From the IMG/VR virus record IMGVR_UViG_3300006120_000020: a stretch of 20,000 bases of DNA. One strand, given 5' to 3'. The notes beneath the pieces were generated by a model, which was not told the origin of the DNA, searched no databases, and saw only the letters and a program-made list of their open reading frames with translations. This DNA comes from an uncultured virus (IMG/VR IMGVR_UViG_3300006120_000020). Its lineage: Duplodnaviria; Heunggongvirae; Uroviricota; Caudoviricetes. The position numbers and the translations under genes are program-made. This document shows, in pieces, positions 5,122 through 13,494 of the stretch (positions within the stretch are counted from its first letter, which is position 1; every line of letters begins with the position of its first letter).

Positions 5122-5235
5122 GATACCCCGAAGGCATATCGTTGGTGCTGGTTACGTTTTCCAGCGGTGATGACGTACACCCGTTTTAATACGCTCCTAA
5201 GGTAGGTGGAGCACCTTTTTCCCATCCCGATGGGA
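5122..5235 (-). ncRNA. GC-rich structured 5' leader of hsp20 (multibranch element plus flanking hairpins)
   Basis: Hairpin TCCCAT/ATGGGA (5235-5220). GGTG..CACC-closed multiloop (5215-5144) with three hairpins. C(UUCG)G hairpin (5140-5122). Confidence 0.55.
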
Positions 5236-5247
5236 CTGAGATACAAT

Positions 5248-5255
5248 TATTTATA
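5248..5255 (-). promoter_or_regulatory. T4-type late (gp55) promoter TATAAATA
   Basis: Exact TATAAATA overlapping the regA stop codon, upstream of the hsp20 leader. Confidence 0.7.
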
Positions 5256-5658
5256 CAGCTTTCGTCTTATTTCCGATGTTATATTTCGGTACTAATTGCC
5301 ATTCACCTTTCTCTTTATGAGACAAGATTTTCACCTGTGACAAGAAAATTGGTTCTGGTGTTTTGGTTGAATCTTTATTTACCAAAGCAATCAAGCCCCA
5401 GTCTTGCAACAAGTTTGCAATAGCGTTTCTACGAGACAAATCATTATCTGTAATGTCTGTTGGTTTTCCGTCAAGTGCAAACAACTCTTTGAAATGCACG
5501 ATGTAGTACTTACCTTGCTTGTGTAGAATGTGGCAAGATTGGTACAAGGTTTTATCTTTTTTGGAAGCTACACCAATTCGAGTTAGTGTCTCTCTTACTT
5601 TTAGGAAATCATCTTTCTCATTCAGTGTAACTTCAATTAAACTGGAAATATCTTTCAT
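5251..5658 (-). CDS. regA: translational repressor RegA
   Basis: DDFLKVRETLTRIGVAS, LYQSCHILHKQGKYYIVHFKELFALDG. Confidence 0.97.
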   Translation of the reverse strand: MKDISSLIEVTLNEKDDFLKVRETLTRIGVASKKDKTLYQSCHILHKQGKYYIVHFKELFALDGKPTDITDNDLSRRNAIANLLQDWGLIALVNKDSTKTPEPIFLSQVKILSHKEKGEWQLVPKYNIGNKTKAV

Positions 5659-6041
5659 TTCACTCCGCCTTTATCTGTTTTTATTCTTATTTCAGCGATT
5701 TGTTCTTTAGTCAGAATAGCCAAGGCTTCTTTGGCTCTTTGGTTATTGTAACCAAAGTATTCTTTGACGCAATCAATATCTTTATCTGCCGATGGTTTCT
5801 GCCATGGTTGGAACTTACGTTTCATCGGCCTAATACTATTTAGAAGATAATGATATTGCATATCCTTATCCATGGATGGATGTTGGTTCAAATCATTGAC
5901 ATACAACACACAGTCCATATGATAAGACAAAGCACGATTCACCACAAAAGGAACGTAGTCTTTGTAATCTGAATCTTCAGGAAAGACTGACTTACCTTTT
6001 GTAAGAATTGACGGAATGATTTCTTTGAATAGGTCTAACAT
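5655..6041 (-). CDS. 62: clamp loader small subunit gp62
   Basis: YVPFVVNRALS, MQYHYLLNSIRP.KRKF..W, VKEYFGY...AKEAL.IL. Lies between gp44 and regA. Alternative GTG start at 6044. Confidence 0.93.
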   Translation of the reverse strand: MLDLFKEIIPSILTKGKSVFPEDSDYKDYVPFVVNRALSYHMDCVLYVNDLNQHPSMDKDMQYHYLLNSIRPMKRKFQPWQKPSADKDIDCVKEYFGYNNQRAKEALAILTKEQIAEIRIKTDKGGVK

Positions 6042-6973
6042 CACTTGAACTCACATTCAACCATAATTTCGGTCAAACATGCGATCAAGTTGATTTCGTG
6101 GTCAGCCACAAATGCAGCTTGATACTGATATTTGGCGAGGATTAGAACCAGTTGTGGTACAGAATTAGGTGACAACTTCTCATACAAACCGTCATACAGA
6201 GTACGGAAGATTCGTGATGGATCATTGTCTAGGTTGTTTGTAACCCATTTACGAGCAGATGCAAAGTCTTTACTAGAAAGAGCTTTAACAAGGTCTGCTA
6301 CCTGCACATCGGCAACTGATGCAAGAATACCTTTGTCAATTGTGCCGCCAATACTATACCGCTGAAGCTCGTTAAGAATACGGCGATTATCAGGAAAATA
6401 TTTCGTGATAACTGCTGCAACGACATCCTTCTCATATGTCACTCCTTCTGACGTAAGAATACTTTCAACTCGTTTGAAAAACTGTGTGGCCATCTTGGCT
6501 TTAGAACCGTTAGGTTTAAAGTCAATCACGGCACAACGAGAATGTAATGCATCAAGAATACGGTTCTTGAAGTTACAAGTAAAGATAAAGGAACAATTGT
6601 CAGAGACGTTTTCGATAATACCACGCAAAGCTTTTTGTGCATCTGGTGTTAGATTATCTGCCTCATCGATGATGACAACTTTACGACCACCGGACAAACT
6701 CATTGAGGTCGCATAGTTCTTGACTTGGTTCTGCATGGTTGCGATACCACGGTCATCTGAACCGTTAATAACTAGATAGTCACAACCTACTTCTTCACAC
6801 AATGCTTTTGCAATGGTGGTTTTACCAACACCTGCGGTGCCAGCCAACAATAGGTTAGGAATTTGTTTGTGATTTACGTATTCTTGAAATGTATCTTTGA
6901 TACGGTCAGGAAGAATACAATCTTCAACTTTATGTGGACGATACTTCTCTACCCACAACATGTGTTCGCTCAT
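6041..6973 (-). CDS. 44: clamp loader large subunit gp44 (AAA+)
   Basis: LWVEKYRP, Walker A GTAGVGKT, Walker B IIDEAD, SRC motif. Confidence 0.97.
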   Translation of the reverse strand: MSEHMLWVEKYRPHKVEDCILPDRIKDTFQEYVNHKQIPNLLLAGTAGVGKTTIAKALCEEVGCDYLVINGSDDRGIATMQNQVKNYATSMSLSGGRKVVIIDEADNLTPDAQKALRGIIENVSDNCSFIFTCNFKNRILDALHSRCAVIDFKPNGSKAKMATQFFKRVESILTSEGVTYEKDVVAAVITKYFPDNRRILNELQRYSIGGTIDKGILASVADVQVADLVKALSSKDFASARKWVTNNLDNDPSRIFRTLYDGLYEKLSPNSVPQLVLILAKYQYQAAFVADHEINLIACLTEIMVECEFK

Positions 6974-7005
6974 TCAAATTCTCCATAATATAAAAATGTA
7001 TTGTA

Positions 7006-7347
7006 TCAGACTTTACGCCAAATGTCATTCTCTTTGACGTAAAGTTTACCGTCAGGACCAGGTACAATATTGACCTTCACTTCCTTTTTGGTACCTTCTA
7101 CATATTCTTCACCGAAACCAACAATATTGTATTGACTCCAAGATTGTACAGGTTTTGGTGTACCGTATGTTGCCATCAATTGCAACACAGGTTTACCTTC
7201 GAGTTGTTTTTCCAACTCTTTGGTGGGTAACTCATCTTCTTTGTAGACAATACGTTCTTTTACCTCAGCATAACCTTTGGCGCCAGCGGCCACTAGGCCA
7301 ATAAGACCTAGTGACTTAGCGAACTGTCTACGACCCACCAGGCTCAT
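7006..7347 (-). CDS. hypothetical protein with twin-arginine (Tat)-like signal peptide
   Basis: N-terminus MSLVGRRQFAKSLGLIGLVAAGAKGYA-E: RRxF motif, h-region, GYA cleavage-like site. Confidence 0.65.
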   Translation of the reverse strand: MSLVGRRQFAKSLGLIGLVAAGAKGYAEVKERIVYKEDELPTKELEKQLEGKPVLQLMATYGTPKPVQSWSQYNIVGFGEEYVEGTKKEVKVNIVPGPDGKLYVKENDIWRKV

Positions 7348-7619
7348 TTGACTTCCAACATGGATTCAAACAACGCCTCAAACTCTTTAGATTCAGCAAC
7401 TTCTGTTTGGAAGTTATTGTTGAACTGAACCTTTGCCATGCGTTTGATAATCTTTTTAGGGACTTTCAATTCTTCGTTGGCAACATTAACAATATCTTTC
7501 ACGGCTTCATTGTTAGCTTTATTGCGGTTCATATGAACCACCATTTCATCAACGTAACCTTTTAACTCTTTCAATTGTTTCTCATCAAAAGAACCAAATA
7601 ATGTATTTACTTTAGTCAT
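7344..7619 (-). CDS. dsbA: T4 DsbA-like double-stranded DNA-binding protein (not the disulfide oxidase)
   Basis: 91-aa helical protein. NEAVKDI...A.EELKV..K.I.RM......N.F..E..E...FE.LF pattern matches T4 DsbA/GapR-like proteins. Confidence 0.7.
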   Translation of the reverse strand: MTKVNTLFGSFDEKQLKELKGYVDEMVVHMNRNKANNEAVKDIVNVANEELKVPKKIIKRMAKVQFNNNFQTEVAESKEFEALFESMLEVK

Positions 7620-7795
7620 TGTTCAATCATCCCCACAACTTCAATGTCAGTTTCTTTGACAATAATTTGTCCGTTAATCAAATTAATCGCAGTCTTGCCT
7701 TGATTCTCACCATCTGGTGCAATGAAGACTGCAACAACATATTCAGGGTTCAAAGCAACTTTGTTGCCAGTTACGATATCGGTTACCCAAATCAT
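7616..7795 (-). CDS. 59-aa FlbD/SwrD-like small protein MIWVTDIVTGNKVALNPEYVVAVFIAPDGENQGKTAINLINGQIIVKETDIEVVGMIEQ
   Basis: Fills the gp45-dsbA gap exactly (TAATG and ATGA overlaps). MI.VT...G...LN...V......T.I.L.NG..IVKE...EV pattern recalls FlbD. Not in the ORF track. Confidence 0.75.
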   Translation of the reverse strand: MIWVTDIVTGNKVALNPEYVVAVFIAPDGENQGKTAINLINGQIIVKETDIEVVGMIEQ

Positions 7796-8490
7796 TATGC
7801 GCCTACTTTCTTATCTTCAAAAGTTGAGTATTTCTTTTCCATGGCCATGAAATATTGAATATCAACTTTGTTGTTTTTAAACGATGCAAGACCTTTTGCA
7901 GAGGACTGCAATCTATATTCACCTGGAATCATCTTCATGTTATCAACACTAAAGACAAAGGAGAATTCTTTACCTGTAGTGTTCTCACCCAACTCAATAG
8001 AGTTAATGTGTGCAGAGTCGTCAGCAGGATCACATGCGGTCAACAAGACTTTGGTGTTGTCTTTGTTTGTTTCAACAGCGATGTGTGTAGACTTCAATAC
8101 AGAAGCAGACTTCAAAATAGAAGCCAAGTCTGTATCCAAAATCAAAATATCAAGTTCAACAGAAGGCAATGTCAATTCTTTCTCTGGTGGAAGAACACAA
8201 TTAGAACGCTCTGTTTTGCGGTAATTTGTTTTAGAACGACCTGCTTTGAAGATAATGTCTTTATCTGTCAATTGAATTTCTGTGTCTTTGTTCAAGTTGT
8301 AAACAACCAAGAACTGATTCAAATCAACTACACAAAAATCGGCATCAAACTCATCACCCAAAGTAGCTGTGGCCAAAAGACCTTTACCTGGAGAAATAGT
8401 TTTTAGGGTCTTACCCTTTTTAAATTCGAGATTACTATTGATCGATGCAAAGTTTTGCAACACGGTCAATGTTTCGCTGGACAATTTCAT
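7795..8490 (-). CDS. 45: DNA polymerase sliding clamp gp45
   Basis: MKLSSETLTVLQNFASINSNL.FKKG, DLNQFL, NMKMIPGEY, YFMAME. Position in the 46-45-44-62-regA module. Confidence 0.93.
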   Translation of the reverse strand: MKLSSETLTVLQNFASINSNLEFKKGKTLKTISPGKGLLATATLGDEFDADFCVVDLNQFLVVYNLNKDTEIQLTDKDIIFKAGRSKTNYRKTERSNCVLPPEKELTLPSVELDILILDTDLASILKSASVLKSTHIAVETNKDNTKVLLTACDPADDSAHINSIELGENTTGKEFSFVFSVDNMKMIPGEYRLQSSAKGLASFKNNKVDIQYFMAMEKKYSTFEDKKVGA

Positions 8491-8500
8491 AATATACTCC

Positions 8501-9151
8501 TTATTTCAATTCACTCATTATACCTGATCCGTATGAAAAAGCAATACGTCTAATCAAGTTATCTTTCAAGTCTTCCATAGTACCTGAGTTTTGGATAGTA
8601 TAATCAATTTGACCACCAATCCAACGCCATTCAGATTCATGTATGCCAGATTGTTCTAGCATGTATTGTTCTTCTTTGTGGCCACCATGATTTGCGGTAG
8701 CTGCAATAGAATACCAATGAGGTCTTACACCACGCTCAATTTCAATCGTGATACCATTCATTGAATGAACAAATTCAATTTCATTTTGAAAACGAACATC
8801 AGTGATAACATAGTGCGTATCAGGATTTTGTTCAATATATCTTTTCAACTTGATAACCCAAAAGTCTTCATGAAATACATCACGACCAACTTCTGTACCC
8901 ATCAACTGTAGTGCAAGTCGAGGTGTAAATGGCTTACCCAATTCTTTAGACCAGAATTCGTCAGGTACTTCACGCCATTCACGTGACTGTTGAGTGTCAC
9001 CTTCTAACAAATGACGAGGCCAACCAAACATTTCAGCGGCCACATCTTTGACACCCTTTGCAAAAGACACAGGAGTAAATCCCATGTCTTTCAAGAGGTC
9101 GCCTGCGGTACCTTTACCTGAACCAATAAATCCAAGTAAGCCAATAATCAT
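8501..9151 (-). CDS. 1: deoxynucleoside monophosphate kinase (gp1-like)
   Basis: IIGLLGFIGSGKGT P-loop, TPRLALQLMGTE, VITDVRFQNE, HESE. Confidence 0.92.
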   Translation of the reverse strand: MIIGLLGFIGSGKGTAGDLLKDMGFTPVSFAKGVKDVAAEMFGWPRHLLEGDTQQSREWREVPDEFWSKELGKPFTPRLALQLMGTEVGRDVFHEDFWVIKLKRYIEQNPDTHYVITDVRFQNEIEFVHSMNGITIEIERGVRPHWYSIAATANHGGHKEEQYMLEQSGIHESEWRWIGGQIDYTIQNSGTMEDLKDNLIRRIAFSYGSGIMSELK

Positions 9152-9969
9152 TACATTTCTCCAACGTAATTTGCGATAGATGGCATATCACCTTTGAAGT
9201 GATAAGTACCCAAGTGTTCAGTTCTCATCCATGGACACAACCAAATTTGTCCACCGATCTTACGATACATTTGGCAGAACATATAATCTTCTGACAAGTA
9301 ACGATCTGAACCACCACCAGTGATAGAATCTTTGCTATCAATCACGGTGTCGAAGAACGCATGAATATAACGTGAACCATCAAAGTTGGCTTGACCAACG
9401 TGATCTGGTTTATAACGAATCATTGGGTAAGCTTCTTCCATTTTCTGGAACACTTCACGCTTAACCATCATGAAACCGGTACCAATTTCAAGAACTTCAA
9501 GAGGTTCTGAAACATTGAATTTCTCTGTACCCTTAACTGGGTTGAAAACGAAGTCACCAGTCAATTGACCAAGTGCTTCTAGTGGCAAATCTGGGTTGCG
9601 CTTAAGAGCGGCTTGAATAGATTTCCATTTGATTGCTTTCTTTGGATATGGTCCGCCGATAACATCTTTATCCAACGCCAACATTGCAATAACGTCTTGT
9701 GGTTGGAAGTTAATATCTGAGTCCAAGAACAACATGTGTGTACAGTCTGAACGATGGATAAATTCATCGACCAAATAGTTACGAGCACGAGTAATCAAAG
9801 ATTCATTGAATAGGAAAGAAAACTTGATACTGATGCCGTATTGCATACAAAGGCCTTGCAAGTCTAAGCAAGCTTTCATATACAAACCGTGGTTCATACC
9901 ACCATACATTGGTGTAGCCACAAATAGGCTTTTCTTTTGTAAGTCTTCTCTTTTAATTGAAATTTCCAT
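9151..9969 (-). CDS. GT-A fold glycosyltransferase-like protein
   Basis: ATPMYGG, ESLITRARN, THMLFLDSDI (DxD), GTGFMMVKR, YLSEDYMFC. Confidence 0.75.
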   Translation of the reverse strand: MEISIKREDLQKKSLFVATPMYGGMNHGLYMKACLDLQGLCMQYGISIKFSFLFNESLITRARNYLVDEFIHRSDCTHMLFLDSDINFQPQDVIAMLALDKDVIGGPYPKKAIKWKSIQAALKRNPDLPLEALGQLTGDFVFNPVKGTEKFNVSEPLEVLEIGTGFMMVKREVFQKMEEAYPMIRYKPDHVGQANFDGSRYIHAFFDTVIDSKDSITGGGSDRYLSEDYMFCQMYRKIGGQIWLCPWMRTEHLGTYHFKGDMPSIANYVGEM

Positions 9970-9990
9970 TTGGACTCCGTAATGGTAAAG

Positions 9991-10013
9991 AAAAAAGGGG
10001 GACTTGCCCCCTT
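9991..10013 (-). terminator. intrinsic terminator
   Basis: AAGGGGG-CAAGT-CCCCC-TTTTTT right after the HTH gene stop. Confidence 0.85.
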
Positions 10014-10016
10014 AGA

Positions 10017-10286
10017 TTAAGCTGCCAAAGAGTAACCAGCTTGCAATGCTGCTTTCACTAGAGCTTTAGTTGGTTTGCCAAGACGATAAACTTGGGCTTT
10101 GCTGCCGTCATTCTTAGTAACGGTGTTTGTGTAGATCACATGACCTTCTTGACGAAGTTCATCAATACGTGCAGAAACGTTTGTAACGCCGAACAATTTA
10201 CGACCTTGTGCAACGGAGAAGGTGTTGTAACCTTCTGTTTTGCTCAAGTAGTTCAACATTTTAGCTTTTGCGGACAATTTAGACAT
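10017..10286 (-). CDS. winged helix-turn-helix DNA-binding protein (89 aa)
   Basis: FSVAQGRKLFGVTNVSARIDELRQEGHVIYTN...YRLG. ATG at 10286 after AGGAGA. Monocistronic unit with its own promoter and terminator. Confidence 0.8.
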   Translation of the reverse strand: MSKLSAKAKMLNYLSKTEGYNTFSVAQGRKLFGVTNVSARIDELRQEGHVIYTNTVTKNDGSKAQVYRLGKPTKALVKAALQAGYSLAA

Positions 10287-10341
10287 AATATCTCCTAATA
10301 ACAAAGTTTAACAAAAAATCTTGCAGATTGCAAGTATCAGT

Positions 10342-10370
10342 ATCATATCATTATATATGATGTTTGTCAA
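10342..10370 (-). promoter_or_regulatory. sigma70-type promoter of the HTH gene
   Basis: TTGACA (10370-10365), 17-nt spacer ending TGA, TATGAT (10347-10342). Confidence 0.85.
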
Positions 10371-10392
10371 GAATCCTAATGGCATACTTGAC

Positions 10393-11661
10393 TTATCTGC
10401 CAACTTGTGGCAAATACTTTGACTTGGTTTCTTCCCAAGACAAATAGATTAGGTCATCATAGAAAAGTGTTTCATATGAAACGTTATTTTTCTTTTGAAG
10501 TTGCCTAATACGGCCTTTGGCATATTTGGTTTTCCAAATATTTGTCAAAGCCTCAACACTGGTATCAAATGATTTTACCAGTGATTCTTCCGTAATTTCT
10601 TTACGGAGGAATTCGGGTGTGTTATTGTATAGTGGCGAAAAGTAAATGCCACGTTGGTGAGCACACTTCACCAATTCTTTTGGTATCTTCAACTTACTGT
10701 ATGCAAAGTGTAGTGTACGATTTTTATGGTCACGTTTGTATGGTAAGCCATTTGGTTTCTTGGCTTCCCACCATTCAAAGTAATGGCGGGTATGATTCTC
10801 TTTTACCCAATCGTATATTGTGTTGAGTAAATTACGGCTAGGGTCAAAAGCGACTGAGCCCGAACTGAATCCCATTTTAGTCCAATGTTCGAGACCATCA
10901 TACTGTGATAACCCGCCGGACTTTGCCATGCCATATAGAGAAGTAGTTGTAACGCCAACAAGAATGTCACCATATTGTCTTTTCCAATCTTCTTGAACTG
11001 TGTCAGATAGACACAAAAGTGCCAACAATTTACCACCCATATAATTAAAACCGAGTGGTTGCAAAGGAACAATCGTAGAACCGATTGCTGTGTGATTAAT
11101 CATGTTACCTTGTGTCTTCACTTCTTTAGGCCAACCAATAAACTTATCACGTGGAGTTAAGTCTAGGAAGTCAGAAGAAATACAAATGACACCAAGATAC
11201 TTACCTGTGACTTCATCTGTCACGGTGTAGTATAGGTTGCGTCCAATGTTAGAATTATTCTTCATTGTAGACGAGAATGTGCGTAGTGTGTTCCAACGGT
11301 CTGCCAACGGACCATTAGAAAGAACCATTTTAGGTTTTAATTTATCAAAATCATCCGGTGTTTCTGGCATCCAAAGATTTGATTTGATAGACTCAATATC
11401 TTTTTTCTGTTTTGGATTTATAAGCTGAAACTCATCATCACCAAATAAAACAGAAACTTCTTTGGTAGGAAACTTTTCGTGTACCTCACACCATTTCTGG
11501 TACAAGGTATACTCACGAACATCCATCTGTGACTTGATTGTTAAGTCTGCAATCAAATCTTCACGAAGTTTTTCGGTATCAATGTGTGTAAAACTAGAAG
11601 GATCGTTTTGATCCTTCCAGTTACTCCACTGTTCTTCAATATCAGGAATGTTTTTTGCCAT
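10393..11661 (-). CDS. DUF4338 / DruA-like protein (422 aa)
   Basis: GRNLYY.V.D..TGKYLGVI.ISS, RDKFIGW, GGKLLALL, VTTTSLYG...SQYDGL, GFSSG motifs recalled from DUF4338/DruA. ATG at 11661. Confidence 0.7.
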   Translation of the reverse strand: MAKNIPDIEEQWSNWKDQNDPSSFTHIDTEKLREDLIADLTIKSQMDVREYTLYQKWCEVHEKFPTKEVSVLFGDDEFQLINPKQKKDIESIKSNLWMPETPDDFDKLKPKMVLSNGPLADRWNTLRTFSSTMKNNSNIGRNLYYTVTDEVTGKYLGVICISSDFLDLTPRDKFIGWPKEVKTQGNMINHTAIGSTIVPLQPLGFNYMGGKLLALLCLSDTVQEDWKRQYGDILVGVTTTSLYGMAKSGGLSQYDGLEHWTKMGFSSGSVAFDPSRNLLNTIYDWVKENHTRHYFEWWEAKKPNGLPYKRDHKNRTLHFAYSKLKIPKELVKCAHQRGIYFSPLYNNTPEFLRKEITEESLVKSFDTSVEALTNIWKTKYAKGRIRQLQKKNNVSYETLFYDDLIYLSWEETKSKYLPQVGR

Positions 11662-12295
11662 GGGCTTTTGTAATTTTTTCTGCGGCTTTCTCAGCACGTT
11701 TAATCAGTGTTTTAATCTTGTTACGTTTTTTCAAAGCCATTTGCAATGCAAGTGGTTTCGCACGTGAAGTATACACGATTCCGTCCATGTGGTCAAGCTC
11801 ATGCAAGAAACATCTTGCACTTAAGCCAACATAGTGTGCCTCTTTTTTGTTACCGTTGAAGTCTTGGTATTCAACCCAAATCTCTTTAGGACGAGTCACC
11901 TTGAGTTCCATCATCGGGAATGATAGACATGCTTCACCCATGTGAGTTTCACCTTCAGTTTTAACAACCTTAGGATTATAAAATGCCACATATTCTGTAC
12001 CAGCACCCATTACAAACATGCGATGACGGAATCCACATTGATTTGCAGACAAGCCGTAACCACGATTTTTGATACAGGTTTCTACCATTGACGATGCAAA
12101 GTCGGCTGGATTGATTGTTGCATTATCAAAATCAAATTCAGGCAATACTTCTCGCAAGATAGGATCATCTTCTGAAACCAAATCGAATGTCTCGATGTGG
12201 TGTTGTACCAGTTGTGATTGTTTTTCCGTGTCGATAATAATGGTATCATCATCACGCAACACATCCTTCAACTCCAAATTTACTTTTTCAACCAT
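11642..12295 (-). CDS. def: peptide deformylase
   Basis: GYGLSANQ, EACLS (EGCLS variant), HELDH. ATG at 12295 after AAGGAGA. Confidence 0.92.
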   Translation of the reverse strand: MVEKVNLELKDVLRDDDTIIIDTEKQSQLVQHHIETFDLVSEDDPILREVLPEFDFDNATINPADFASSMVETCIKNRGYGLSANQCGFRHRMFVMGAGTEYVAFYNPKVVKTEGETHMGEACLSFPMMELKVTRPKEIWVEYQDFNGNKKEAHYVGLSARCFLHELDHMDGIVYTSRAKPLALQMALKKRNKIKTLIKRAEKAAEKITKAHGKKHS

Positions 12296-12305
12296 AATTT
12301 TCTCC

Positions 12306-13439
12306 TTATAGGTCTTCTTCACCGATATCAAAATAACTATTCAATGATTGATTTGTTAAGAATGAATCATCGATGTTTTGATCTGTTTTACCGATAACAA
12401 TTAACTTTTCCATGTTATCGCATACTGTTTCGATATTTGATGGAACATAACCATACAGCTTTACACGGTCTTCATTAGATGATTTACCAGAATAGTAAAC
12501 GCTACCCAACATTTCCATGTAATAGTACCAATTGTTTTTAAATTTCAGTACTGCTTCCAAATAACACTTCTGTAAATCACGACCGTTCAATTTACTGACA
12601 TATGCAACCAAACGAACTTCTTTGTTTGGTTTCTGTTGTGCCAGAGCTGCAGCGGCAAAAACTGCTTTCACCGGAGATGATGCTGCATATGGAAGATAAA
12701 CAACTTTATCTGTCTCGATATAGTTGTGAGCTTTCAACCATGTGTTTACTTCTGAAACATTTGACCATGCAACTGGCAATAGTTTAGATGTTTGAATGGC
12801 ATTGTTTTGGTGAAAAATTTGATAAGTCAAAGCAGTTCTACGTTGTGGAGAAAACTTGCCTTTGTTACCACAAACCTTATCAATGAAATTTGAAATTGCT
12901 TCAACTTCTAATTCTAGAGTACCTTGGTCGATCATTCTCTGTGCAAGAGATAGAATGTCGATTTCTTTTAGTAGACCAGCTGGTGGACGATCTTCGCCTG
13001 CGTTTGTTCGATTACCAAAAACGTCTGCTTCAGATTCATCAATATCAATGACAGCACAGATACGGTTCTTAACTTTCTTTTCGTGTAGAATTTTGTCTTT
13101 TGTACGACCATCAACCAACAAGAATTTTCCTGGATGATCTGGACAAGGACGGAGAAAGATAGGCTTTTCGTATAGACGGAATCCGTTTTCTAAGATATCA
13201 TATCTCAGTTCGTCATACTTTTCATTCTTACCTTCAGCACGAACTGATTGAGAACTTCCATAACCATCACGAATGATTAGATGTTCTTCGATCAATTGAA
13301 GTCCATGGAACTCCAATGATTCGAATTCTTCGTTTGTGTAGAATTGCGGAAAAGCTTCGGCACGTAAGAAAGCTTTTGCTGTTTCCAAGTTTGCATCTGT
13401 GAACTCTGTATTGAGTTTAATTGTAACGATAGTTTGCAT
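12306..13439 (-). CDS. hypothetical protein (377 aa) with ParB/Sulfiredoxin-like N-terminal domain
   Basis: ELRYDILENGF....PIFL........FLLVDGRTK pattern. ATG at 13439 after AAGGAAA. Confidence 0.55.
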   Translation of the reverse strand: MQTIVTIKLNTEFTDANLETAKAFLRAEAFPQFYTNEEFESLEFHGLQLIEEHLIIRDGYGSSQSVRAEGKNEKYDELRYDILENGFRLYEKPIFLRPCPDHPGKFLLVDGRTKDKILHEKKVKNRICAVIDIDESEADVFGNRTNAGEDRPPAGLLKEIDILSLAQRMIDQGTLELEVEAISNFIDKVCGNKGKFSPQRRTALTYQIFHQNNAIQTSKLLPVAWSNVSEVNTWLKAHNYIETDKVVYLPYAASSPVKAVFAAAALAQQKPNKEVRLVAYVSKLNGRDLQKCYLEAVLKFKNNWYYYMEMLGSVYYSGKSSNEDRVKLYGYVPSNIETVCDNMEKLIVIGKTDQNIDDSFLTNQSLNSYFDIGEEDL

Positions 13440-13494
13440 TTCAAATTTCCTTTTTAAGGGTTGTGTGGGTTTATTCACACGGGGTTTACAGGGA

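Noticed and set aside
5089..5250. Hammerhead ribozyme or sigma32 promoter in the hsp20 leader
   Set aside because: No CUGANGA/GAAA core. CCCCAT-like text occurs only within a hairpin and lacks a properly spaced CTTGAA.
10393..11661. Complete Druantia defence system
   Set aside because: Only a DruA-like gene is present, with no DruE helicase or other dru genes in the window.
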